Origin: an uncultured Eubacteriales bacterium
GTDB taxonomy: Bacteria; Bacillota; Clostridia; Christensenellales; UBA1242
Assembly: GCA_948512295.1 (NCBI GenBank)
Contig: CAOQRA010000001.1
Span: forward strand, 18,800-82,799
Direction of reading: 5' to 3'
Length of the DNA: 64,000 nucleotides
The first letter of the stretch is position 1. Every line of letters starts with the position of its first letter. Of the stretch, positions 26,951 through 35,512 are shown in pieces. The translations under genes and the position numbers were made by a program. Under the pieces are notes generated by a model, which did no database searches, was not told where the DNA came from, and saw only the letters and a program-made list of their open reading frames with translations.

Positions 26951-28360
26951 ATGCTTAAAATATATAATACAAAATCTAGACGTAAACAAGAGTTTACACC
27001 ATTACATTCAGGATATGTGGGAATGTATGTTTGTGGGCCTACTGTGTATGGCGCCCCACATTTAGGGCATGCAAAAAGTTATATCTCATTTGATATCGTG
27101 CATAGATATTTAAAGTTTTTAGGCTATAAAGTTAAATATGTACAAAATATCACTGACGTAGGGCACTTAGTAGGCGATGGCGATGAGGGTGAAGATAAAA
27201 TTGCAAAACAAGCGAAACTGGAAAAGTTGGACGCTTACGAAATTGCATACAAGTATGAATGTGAGTATTTTGAGGCTATGGATGCGCTGAACATTTTAAG
27301 GCCAAGTATATCTGCGCGAGCAACGGGCTTTATTTCTGACATTATTGACGCGGTCGAGGAGATTCTTGATAGAGGCTATGCTTACGTGACAGAAGAGGGG
27401 AATGTATATTTTGATGTTCATAAATATCCAAAGTATGGTCAACTTTCCAACCGCAAACTTAGTGAAACTGTCAGCGGCGAACGCATTGATATTGCCTCCG
27501 ACAAAAAGCATCCAGAGGATTTTGCGCTTTGGAAAGCGGTAAGTCCGCAAACCCTTATGAAATGGAAAAGCCCTTGGGGAGTGGGGTGCCCTGGGTGGCA
27601 TATTGAGTGCAGTGTGCTAGCGCGCAAATTTTTAGGTGATAAATTCGATATACATGGCGGAGGCATAGATAATATGTTTCCTCATCATGAATGCGAATGC
27701 GCGCAAGGTGATATACTCACTGGCTGTGTTCCTATGAATTATTTTATGCATAACAACTTAGTGACAGTAAATGGCACTAAAATGGGCAAATCTTTGGGAA
27801 ATTCAATGTCGCTTGATAAATTGTTTGCAAATTATGGTGCTATGGTTGTTAGATTTTTCATTTTGCAATTTCACTATCGAAGTGTGGTAGATTTTAGTGA
27901 TGATGCGCTTTCAAGTGCTAAAAAGCAGTTTGATAAAATGCAAGAGACTATTTTAGCTGTACAAAACGTAACTTCAGAAGAGGTTAAACCTTTAAAACTC
28001 GCTGGACTTTATGACGCCTGCATTGCGGCAATGGATGACGACTTTAATACTCCAGTATGCCTTGCTGAAATTCTCAAATTAATGAAACTATGCAAAATCT
28101 ATTTGACAGAAAAGGATATGCAAGCACTTAAAGAAGCAAACTATATAATAAATCACATAATAAAAGATGTTTTAGGTTTAATGTTTGGTAATATTAAAGT
28201 GGAAGAAAGTAGTAAAGAAGTTGAAGAATTGGCTTCACAGCGCTGGCAAGCTAAAATTAATAAAGATTTTGCCAAAGCAGACACTTTAAGAAAACGCATT
28301 TTGGAACTAGGCTATGAAGTGTTAGATGGAAAAGATGGTTATACCCTTAAAAAGGTGTAA
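26951..28360 (+). CDS. cysS: Cysteine--tRNA ligase
   Basis: HIGH-type box (APHLGHA), KMSKS box (KMGKSLGN), and CPGWHIEC zinc site. Confidence 0.95.
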   Translation: MLKIYNTKSRRKQEFTPLHSGYVGMYVCGPTVYGAPHLGHAKSYISFDIVHRYLKFLGYKVKYVQNITDVGHLVGDGDEGEDKIAKQAKLEKLDAYEIAYKYECEYFEAMDALNILRPSISARATGFISDIIDAVEEILDRGYAYVTEEGNVYFDVHKYPKYGQLSNRKLSETVSGERIDIASDKKHPEDFALWKAVSPQTLMKWKSPWGVGCPGWHIECSVLARKFLGDKFDIHGGGIDNMFPHHECECAQGDILTGCVPMNYFMHNNLVTVNGTKMGKSLGNSMSLDKLFANYGAMVVRFFILQFHYRSVVDFSDDALSSAKKQFDKMQETILAVQNVTSEEVKPLKLAGLYDACIAAMDDDFNTPVCLAEILKLMKLCKIYLTEKDMQALKEANYIINHIIKDVLGLMFGNIKVEESSKEVEELASQRWQAKINKDFAKADTLRKRILELGYEVLDGKDGYTLKKV

Positions 28361-28515
28361 CCACTTTTTTATGTTATTTTTGCTTGTCAATGAAGTTATT
28401 TTGAAATAATACAACTTTAATTTGAACCAATTTAAAAGAAAGTTTTGCAAAAATTTGTATTAATTAGCTGTTACAAACTCAGCATAATCCTTTTTTTTAT
28501 ACTTATAATATCAAT

Positions 28516-29226
28516 ATGGAACTATCCAAAAAACAGAAAATTTTGAGGTCTTTGTTAGTTATCTTAGGTATAGCTGCGTTTTTTGGCATAATCTTTCTTA
28601 TGTTAAAACTTACTGGTTGGTGGGAAAGCATAAATTCTGTTCAAAAAGTTAAACGACTTATATTAGATTTAGGCTTTTGGGGCAGATTCATGTTTGTACT
28701 TTTGCAGTTTTTACAGGTTACCTTTATTCCGCTGCCTGCAAGTGCTGTAGTAATCGCGGGATCTTTAATTTATGGACCTTTTGAAGCCTCGCTTTTGAGC
28801 CTTGCGGGAATACTTTTAGGCAGCACACTTGCATTTTTTTTAGGCAGAACTTTTGGTAGAAAACTTGTGATTTTCATGGTGGGCGAAAAGACTTGCGACA
28901 AATGGGTGAAATTTTTAAGTAAAGGCAAATATAGTTTTGTAATTATGATGCTTTTACCTTTGTTTCCAGATGATGTATTGTGTCTAGTCGCGGGGCTTAC
29001 AAATATGAGCTGGCTGTTTTTTATGACAACTCAATTTGTCACGCGCACTATTGGTATATTTTTGATGTCCTACTTTTCAAGCGGAGAGATAATTCCCTAT
29101 GAAGGCTGGGGAATTTATGCATGGATTTTAATTGCCGTTGTCGCTATAGTTAGTATATTTTTAACCACCAAATATCAGCTACAAATAGAAAGCAGATTGG
29201 CAAAATTATTTAAAAAGAAAAATTAA
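28516..29226 (+). CDS. TVP38/TMEM64 (DedA-related) family membrane protein
   Basis: Polytopic protein. FLQVTFIPLPASAVVIAGSLIYGP...GSTLAFFLGRTFGRKLV is typical of the family. Confidence 0.75.
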   Translation: MELSKKQKILRSLLVILGIAAFFGIIFLMLKLTGWWESINSVQKVKRLILDLGFWGRFMFVLLQFLQVTFIPLPASAVVIAGSLIYGPFEASLLSLAGILLGSTLAFFLGRTFGRKLVIFMVGEKTCDKWVKFLSKGKYSFVIMMLLPLFPDDVLCLVAGLTNMSWLFFMTTQFVTRTIGIFLMSYFSSGEIIPYEGWGIYAWILIAVVAIVSIFLTTKYQLQIESRLAKLFKKKN

Positions 29227-29381
29227 TGCTGAATATATAGCACTGTGCCTTCGCAAATCATTTTTGGTGTTAAATTGTTTGCAAGTAATATAAAGGTAGG
29301 ATTAACGTTATAAGCTTTTGCAATTGAAGCCAAAGTATCGCCATTTTTAACTACGTAAATATCGTCTTTTATCTTTTTCAT
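29223..29381 (-). CDS. Stand-alone LysM-domain mini-protein (52 aa), not in the supplied ORF track
   Basis: Hand translation: MKKIKDDIYVVKNGDTLASIAKAYNVNPTFILLANNLTPKMICEGTVLYIQH. The pattern Y-x-V-x-x-GDTL-x-x-IA-x-x-Y is a LysM core. SD agagga is 5 nt before the ATG. The 3' end overlaps the convergent gene by 4 nt. Confidence 0.6.
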   Translation of the reverse strand: MKKIKDDIYVVKNGDTLASIAKAYNVNPTFILLANNLTPKMICEGTVLYIQH

Positions 29382-29447
29382 AATTTCCTCTTAAGATATT
29401 GTATTAAACTCAGGACAAACTTAATACAAATATATCTAGGAGAAAAC

Positions 29448-30986
29448 ATGAAATCACTATTTAAAACTATTGTCCTTATCACCTTTTTTTCTGCCTTGAC
29501 ACGAGTAGCAGGTTTTATATTTAGAATATTTCTTTCACGAGCGATTGGCTCGGAAAGCTTGGGGATTTATCAAGCTGCATTTTCCGTATTTATGGTGCTA
29601 TTGACGATAGTGTCAAGCGGAATTCCTTTAATAATCTCTCGTATGAGCGCTTCATATCGCGCTAAAAATGAAAAAAAATCAGAAGCAGTTCTTGTTTCAG
29701 TGGCACTTATCTTCACTATAATTTTAAGCGTCCTTTTATGTTTGATAGTTTTCCTTTTTAAAAATATATTTGCGGGGCTTTTCACGGATGCACGCTGTGT
29801 TCAAATCTTAATTGTGCTTTTACCCAGCCTTGTATTCTCAGCAGTTTATAGCGTTTTTCGAGGAGCTCTTTGGGGGCAAAACAACTACTTTGCACTTTGC
29901 ATATCAGAACTTTACGAACAAATTGTTCGCATTTTTATCTGCGTTTTAATATTAGGTGCAGGCTTCAGTGTGATTGAAAATGCCACCTCGGTTGCATTAA
30001 GTTTAACAATTGCCTGCCTGTTTTCCATGATATTTGTAGTACTATTATACTTTTTCTATGGCGGTAAGCTTGGCAAGCCCTCAAGAAAAGTGTTTGTGCC
30101 TCTCTTTAAGCAGTCTACGCCTATAACTGGTATACGTGTGGCAGGAAGTTTTTTACAGCCTTTGATCGCACTTATAATTCCCGCAAGGTTGAGTGCTATT
30201 GGATATACTCCATCTCAAGCAATGTCTATTTATGGAGTTGCTGTAGGAATGACGTTACCTCTATTGTTTGTTCCGACTACTGTTATTGGCTCACTTTCAA
30301 CTGCGTTAATTCCAGACATTTCTACAGCGGTAGCGCAAAACAATCAATCGCATATAGAAAACCGAGTTCGCACTTCCATCACTTTTTCGCTTTTTGTGTC
30401 TTGCCTTTTTGTGCCTGTTTATCTGGCACTAGGAGAAATGGCGGGCTTATTCATATTTGATAACGCGCTTAGCGGAACGCTGCTTGCTCAAGCTGCATGG
30501 GTGCTTGTACCTTTGGGGCTTACTAACATATCCTCAGCATTATTAAACTCTCTCGGAATGGAAGTAAAGTCTTTCACCAATTATGTAATAGGTGCAGTGT
30601 TTATGTTTTTCGCACTTTGGTTTTTGCCAGCACTCATTGGAATCAACGCTCTTATCTATGGCATGGGAATAAGCTTTATAGTTACAGCCGTTTTAAATTT
30701 TGTAATGTTAAAACGAAAACTTAAAATTAAATTGCATATTTTAAAACCTCTTTGCATTATGGCTTTTCTGATTATTCCTTGCGCAGCACTTACAAGCTTT
30801 ATTGCTTCTCTTGCGAGTTATGTATTCCCTCTTTTTATCACTCTTTGTATTGGTGGGACAGTGGGAGTAGGAAGTTTTCTTCTTTTATGCGCTGTCACTG
30901 GCATTATGGATATTCAATCTTTCTTGTATATGGCTAAATCAAAGTTTAAATTCAAAAGAAGATCAAAAAAGCAAGCAGTGAATTAA
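29448..30986 (+). CDS. MOP-superfamily flippase (polysaccharide biosynthesis / SpoVB-MurJ-like)
   Basis: About 14 TM segments. N-terminus RVAGFIFRIFLSRAIGSESLGIYQAAFSVF is typical of SpoVB/YabM-type proteins. Confidence 0.72.
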   Translation: MKSLFKTIVLITFFSALTRVAGFIFRIFLSRAIGSESLGIYQAAFSVFMVLLTIVSSGIPLIISRMSASYRAKNEKKSEAVLVSVALIFTIILSVLLCLIVFLFKNIFAGLFTDARCVQILIVLLPSLVFSAVYSVFRGALWGQNNYFALCISELYEQIVRIFICVLILGAGFSVIENATSVALSLTIACLFSMIFVVLLYFFYGGKLGKPSRKVFVPLFKQSTPITGIRVAGSFLQPLIALIIPARLSAIGYTPSQAMSIYGVAVGMTLPLLFVPTTVIGSLSTALIPDISTAVAQNNQSHIENRVRTSITFSLFVSCLFVPVYLALGEMAGLFIFDNALSGTLLAQAAWVLVPLGLTNISSALLNSLGMEVKSFTNYVIGAVFMFFALWFLPALIGINALIYGMGISFIVTAVLNFVMLKRKLKIKLHILKPLCIMAFLIIPCAALTSFIASLASYVFPLFITLCIGGTVGVGSFLLLCAVTGIMDIQSFLYMAKSKFKFKRRSKKQAVN

Positions 30987-31013
30987 ATTTTTAAAAATGT
31001 TTATACTATTTTT

Positions 31014-31724
31014 ATGCTTACAATAGTTGCGCGTTCAATTATTATATATTTAATTGTGCTGCTCGTTTTTAGATTGATGGGTAAACGCCAGATAGGTCAA
31101 ATGCAACCATTTGAACTTGTTTTAACGCTGATAATTGCAGACTTGGCAACCATTCCTATGGCTGAGGTGTCAGTGCCAGTGCTTCATGGCATTATACCTC
31201 TTTTAACTCTATCAATATTACATTTTATCATTACGCTTCTTACTAAAAAAAGTGTGACGTTTTCGCGAATTGTAAGCGGGAAACCCGTAATTATTATTAA
31301 TCCTAAAGGGCTTGATTATAAAGCAATGAAACAGCTGAATTTAACCATCGATGATATCTTGGCTGCGCTTAGAAATTGTGGGTATTTTTCTATAGCAGAA
31401 GTGCAATACGCCATCATGGAAACGAGCGGTAAGGTGAGCGTTATGCCAAAAGCCGAATATACACCGGCGACAAATGGTGCACTAGGGCTGAAAGAGGATG
31501 ATAGTTTGATTCCTATCACTCTTGTCAGTGAAGGTAAAATTATTCAAGCTAATATGAAACTTGCTGGGATGGATGAAGAGAAAATTAAAAACATAACGCA
31601 GCAAAATGGTGCAAAAAAGATAAAAGACGTTTTAGTGCTGACTATGGATAAAACTGGCAGCGCCTATATTCAACTTATGGAAGGGGAAGGAAAAAGTATT
31701 TCATGCGAGGTGATTCCCGCATGA
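31014..31724 (+). CDS. DUF421 (YetF-family) membrane protein
   Basis: IIIYLIVLLVFRLMGKRQIGQMQPFELVLTLIIADLA signature. Confidence 0.8.
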   Translation: MLTIVARSIIIYLIVLLVFRLMGKRQIGQMQPFELVLTLIIADLATIPMAEVSVPVLHGIIPLLTLSILHFIITLLTKKSVTFSRIVSGKPVIIINPKGLDYKAMKQLNLTIDDILAALRNCGYFSIAEVQYAIMETSGKVSVMPKAEYTPATNGALGLKEDDSLIPITLVSEGKIIQANMKLAGMDEEKIKNITQQNGAKKIKDVLVLTMDKTGSAYIQLMEGEGKSISCEVIPA

Positions 31725-32116
31725 AAATATTTCATTACATAAATTTTAGTTTGATTTTTTTGTTTTTAGTTGCAATATGCGTCATTGAAGACGTATATGT
31801 AAACAAAAGTTTAACTCAAACACAATATGATTGCTTGCAACTTGAAAAGCAGCTTGAATACGATGAAAGCTTGCTTACAATGCAGATGTCACTTTTAGTG
31901 GATAATTTACAATATCATTGGGATAATAATGAAAGCGACTTATGTTATATGGTAAACCATAAAAGCATACAAGAAATTGGCACGGAGATTGCCAAAATAA
32001 AGTCATATGTCGCAAGCAATGATGTAGACGCATTTAAAGTCAGCATAGAAACCATTAAATATTATTGCAAGGCTTATTTACACTTTATGGGCGCAAGCGG
32101 TCATAACATTCTTTAA
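31721..32116 (+). CDS. Small membrane-anchored protein, DUF4363-like partner of DUF421
   Basis: ATGA overlap with the upstream gene and a single N-terminal TM. The assignment rests on the commonly seen DUF421-DUF4363 pairing, not on motifs. Confidence 0.45.
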   Translation: MKIFHYINFSLIFLFLVAICVIEDVYVNKSLTQTQYDCLQLEKQLEYDESLLTMQMSLLVDNLQYHWDNNESDLCYMVNHKSIQEIGTEIAKIKSYVASNDVDAFKVSIETIKYYCKAYLHFMGASGHNIL

Positions 32117-32203
32117 TATTGTTATATCTCTAATAAAAACGTCCAGCATGAAATCATATTCATTAAAAAAAGTCGTCCAAGTATGAGGCGACTTTTCTAC
32201 TAA

Positions 32204-32410
32204 TTAATTTTCAATACCTAATAAATAATCACAGGTGCATTTAAAAAATCTTGATAAAATTATAACAGAATCAATATTGGGCGTTGTCTTTTTACCTAAC
32301 CATCTAGCTATTTGTGGTTGCGAAATGCCCGTCTCTTTACTAAGTTGATTTTGAGACAGATTATTTTCTATCATAAGTTCTTCTAATTTTTCCGCAAATT
32401 TATTTAGCAT
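32204..32410 (-). CDS. XRE-family HTH regulator (68 aa)
   Basis: LSQNQLSKETGISQPQIARWLGKKTTPNIDSVIILSRFF is a Cro/C1-type HTH. Confidence 0.85.
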   Translation of the reverse strand: MLNKFAEKLEELMIENNLSQNQLSKETGISQPQIARWLGKKTTPNIDSVIILSRFFKCTCDYLLGIEN

Positions 32411-32427
32411 ATCCCTTCTTTGTAAAG

Positions 32428-32483
32428 ATTATAATACAATTTAGTATAAAATAATTGACATATACGAAATTGTATAATAAAAT
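32428..32483. promoter_or_regulatory. Divergent promoter/operator region between the two XRE genes
   Basis: A 14-bp inverted repeat, ttataatacaattt (32429-32442) and aaattgtataataa (32467-32480), matches at 13 of 14 positions. It flanks TTGACA (32455-32460). The -10 is either TAAAAT at 17-nt spacing or the extended TGTATAAT. Confidence 0.55.
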
Positions 32484-32521
32484 ATTGTTATACACTTTTG
32501 TATATAAAAGGAGGTGAAAAT

Positions 32522-32791
32522 ATGGAAATACTTGCACAAAGACTTAAAACTTTGATGGAAGAGTATGGAGTAAATGAAAAGAAGCTCTCTGACGAGGCAG
32601 ATGTACATAGACATCTTATTCGCGGGTTATTAGATAATGCCTACACGCCAAGTATGAGAGTTGTCATGAAACTCGCGCTCTACTTTTCTTGCACTACCGA
32701 GTATTTGCTAGGTCTATCTAAAATTGAAGATGAATATGGCGTAGCGGCAAAAAGAAAAAGTAAAAAGCAAAAGCAAAAAAGTGTAAACTAA
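32522..32791 (+). CDS. XRE-family HTH regulator (89 aa) with basic C-terminal tail
   Basis: Strong SD aaggaggtg 5 nt before ATG 32522. HTH region EKKLSDEADVHRHLIRGLLDNAYTPSMRVVMKLALYF. Confidence 0.8.
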   Translation: MEILAQRLKTLMEEYGVNEKKLSDEADVHRHLIRGLLDNAYTPSMRVVMKLALYFSCTTEYLLGLSKIEDEYGVAAKRKSKKQKQKSVN

Positions 32792-32856
32792 AAGTAAACT
32801 TTGTTTCATTCAGAATGACACTACTTTTAGTAGAAGGCAAAGTGCTTTTGAAAGGC

Positions 32857-32886
32857 AAAAAAACGCGCACTAATTGCGCGTTTTTT
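32857..32886. terminator. Bidirectional rho-independent terminator
   Basis: acgcgca-ctaat-tgcgcgt, flanked by an A7 run and a T6 run, between convergent genes. Confidence 0.85.
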
Positions 32887-32900
32887 AAATTGTATTAATT

Positions 32901-34034
32901 TTACCAAACCTTTTCTTTCTTTTTAGTAAACACGATTATAAGAATTACAACTCCAAGAAGTGCAACTGCGCAAGCTACGATAATCCAAATTATAACTGAG
33001 GTTTGCATAGGCGAGCCCGTTGAAACTTGCAACTCTTCACTTTTGAATTGAGTAGGGGAACCATCGGTGTTATACACGACGCAATATACCTGCCAAGTGC
33101 CAGCGACTCTATTGCTGTCGAAGAGAAAGGAATTTCCGTTGCGCTCTGGGTCGCCAGTAAAGATGGCATTTTGATAATCTGAAAATTCCTCACGGAATTT
33201 ATCCTTTTCGCTGAGTACATATTTTTTACCATCTGCGCTTTCGCCTTTAACATACCACGTAATTAAGTTTTGATTGCAATATTTAAAACCATCACGTTCA
33301 TCATTTATGATGTTAAACATATGTGCGTCGCCAATGCTTGTAATACCACTTGCATCGGTGCGTTCTATAATTGGATTAGCGGTTATTGCAGAGGGTGCTA
33401 CAAAGATAAACTCACTTGCTGCATCATAATATTGAGGTGCACTACCTGACTGGTTACCAAGTCCAATATGCACGATAAACTTGTAAATTCCCCAGCCATT
33501 GCCGTAATTTTTATGCTGTCTTTCTCCAAACTTAACATCTTCTTCTTTGGAATAGGCATCTATATAAAATTCATGTGAGGCAATTGCGGCGGTCACTTCT
33601 TCTAAAGTATTCAAAGGGGAACTTGAAGTAAAAACATTATCAATTGTTATCTTGCCATCGTATTCATCAAATGACGTGTTTGTATCCGAGATATAGCGCT
33701 GCTCATATTGAAGCTCGATACTGTAAGTATAATTAATGTTTTCGCCCGTTGGAATTTGGCTGCCAGCGTCAAAATTGAATTTAAGTTTAGTCATATCTTT
33801 CCATTCAAATTCTGTGTAGGTAGAGCCTGAATAGTTGCCCTTGTTTGTGGAGTTATATTGACTATTTGGCGAGCTTCGTCTATATGCTACATATGTTAGC
33901 GTACTGTTCGAAAGAGCAATAGATTCGGCGGCGTGTGTCATACTAACAATTGTTGTGCCGCTAAAAGTCAGAAGCAGCATTGCAAATAGAGCGCACAGCG
34001 TTATTAAAAAACTTTTTGAATATTTTTTAGTCAT
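32901..34034 (-). CDS. Surface protein (377 aa) with signal peptide and C-terminal TM anchor, a small paralog of the C-terminal module of the 2,881-aa protein
   Basis: SD ggaga before ATG 34034. The N-terminal signal is KSFLITLCALFAMLLLTF. The C-terminus AGTWQVYCVVYNTDG...STGSPMQTSVIIWIIVACAVALLGVVILIIVFTKKKEKVW parallels SGTYYIQIYSTSNN...KTDPMNAWTIIAIVLAVVAAIAITVITILLRKRLKVK. Confidence 0.8.
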   Translation of the reverse strand: MTKKYSKSFLITLCALFAMLLLTFSGTTIVSMTHAAESIALSNSTLTYVAYRRSSPNSQYNSTNKGNYSGSTYTEFEWKDMTKLKFNFDAGSQIPTGENINYTYSIELQYEQRYISDTNTSFDEYDGKITIDNVFTSSSPLNTLEEVTAAIASHEFYIDAYSKEEDVKFGERQHKNYGNGWGIYKFIVHIGLGNQSGSAPQYYDAASEFIFVAPSAITANPIIERTDASGITSIGDAHMFNIINDERDGFKYCNQNLITWYVKGESADGKKYVLSEKDKFREEFSDYQNAIFTGDPERNGNSFLFDSNRVAGTWQVYCVVYNTDGSPTQFKSEELQVSTGSPMQTSVIIWIIVACAVALLGVVILIIVFTKKKEKVW

Positions 34035-34147
34035 AATATTCTCCTTTTTACGAATAGAGTTTAGCATACTTTAAAAATAAAATAAAACGATTTTCAAAGG
34101 TTTTTAAATTGTTGACAAAATTTGTATAAATATATATACTAAAAATT

Positions 34148-34999
34148 ATGGAAAAAGAAGAATTAGAAATCGGAGTTTGTGAAAATCAAATGACCTTTGA
34201 TTTTTCGATGCTGGAAAATTGTGAAGTGGAAGAGGAAGAAAGTAGCATTCTGCCTGAGGGGTTTGTAGTGCCTAAAAACCATGATTGGATTGATGATGAG
34301 GTGTTGTTTGTTGTCGTAAAAACTCAAGGCCATGATAATGACTTATGCGGGAAGACTATGCTTGAATGGGTGAAAATTGCTGGCAGCGGTTGTGAAAAGT
34401 TGACTTTAGCAGACGGCGAGGATATTTACGCACAAGTGCGTAGCCTTAATTCAAGCAAAAATTACATCGCTGTGTTCTATTCTGATACACCGCTTTTGGA
34501 GAAAAATACCTTTCATAAAATTATGGATTATTTCTGCAAAAATCAAATGAATGTTTTGACTTTGCCGCGAGGCTATGTTTTTAAAAGCGAGTTTTTAAAA
34601 AATAACGTCTGCTTTGCCTCTGGTCAAATGACAGAATTTGAAAATGCCAAGCGTGATTTTATTTGCGTTAATAACAGCATTACCTTTTCAAAAGTCAGCA
34701 AATATCTTTATGACAAAATCAGACTTTTTCATCTCAAAAATGGAGTTATTATGTCTGGTAGTGAAACCATCTTTATAGATGCAGATGTGGAAATTGAAGC
34801 GGGAGTTAATATAGAGGCGAACAATCATATAAAAGGGCAGACATATATTGGGAAAGGCGTTATATTAGAGCCTAATAACGTCATCAAAAACAGCATTATT
34901 TCTGACAACGCATGTCTATGTGGTTGTTATATTGAAAATAGCAAAGTGACAAATGGGAAATTTGCAGTTATGGAAAAACTTATAAATCAAGAGTTTTAG
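34148..34999 (+). CDS. GlmU-like protein (short, degenerate nucleotidyltransferase half plus left-handed beta-helix hexapeptide repeats)
   Basis: C-terminal hexapeptide-type repeats are present (IDADVEIEAGVNIEANNHIKGQTYIGKGVILEPNNVIKNSIISDNA). It sits just upstream of pth-mfd, where glmU sits in many Firmicutes. The N-terminal LAAGxGTRM-type box is absent. Confidence 0.45.
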   Translation: MEKEELEIGVCENQMTFDFSMLENCEVEEEESSILPEGFVVPKNHDWIDDEVLFVVVKTQGHDNDLCGKTMLEWVKIAGSGCEKLTLADGEDIYAQVRSLNSSKNYIAVFYSDTPLLEKNTFHKIMDYFCKNQMNVLTLPRGYVFKSEFLKNNVCFASGQMTEFENAKRDFICVNNSITFSKVSKYLYDKIRLFHLKNGVIMSGSETIFIDADVEIEAGVNIEANNHIKGQTYIGKGVILEPNNVIKNSIISDNACLCGCYIENSKVTNGKFAVMEKLINQEF

Positions 35000-35008
35000 G
35001 GGTGAAAA

Positions 35009-35512
35009 ATGTATATAATTGTAGGGCTTGGAAACTTTGGTGCAAAATATGATTGGACTTATCATAATCTAGGCTTTATGACCTGTGATGCACTTGCAAA
35101 TAAAATGGGCATAGCTTTTACTAAAGAAAAATACAAAGCGCTAATCGCAGAAGGGAACCTTCAAGGACAAAAAGTTATACTTGCAAAACCGCTCACATAT
35201 ATGAATAACAGCGGCGAAGCTGTCACCCTTTTAAAACAAAAATTTAAGGATGCAAAAATACTTGTTATAGTTGATGACATAGACTTGCCAGCGGGTAAAA
35301 TTCGCTATCGTGAGCGCGGCTCTAGTGGTACGCATAATGGGCTACGTAGTATTGTAAGCTTTATAGGGGAAGATTTTGAGCGTGTCAAAATTGGCATAGG
35401 TAGAGATCAAGAAAAGGACCTTGCAGACTTTGTACTAAGTAAAATTCAGGATAAGGAATTATTTGCAAAGGCTATAGATGATGCTAGTGATTTTATTTTA
35501 GGTAAACTATGA
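35009..35512 (+). CDS. pth: Peptidyl-tRNA hydrolase
   Basis: IIVGLGNFGAKYDWTYHNLGF and GTHNGLRS motifs. Confidence 0.9.
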   Translation: MYIIVGLGNFGAKYDWTYHNLGFMTCDALANKMGIAFTKEKYKALIAEGNLQGQKVILAKPLTYMNNSGEAVTLLKQKFKDAKILVIVDDIDLPAGKIRYRERGSSGTHNGLRSIVSFIGEDFERVKIGIGRDQEKDLADFVLSKIQDKELFAKAIDDASDFILGKL

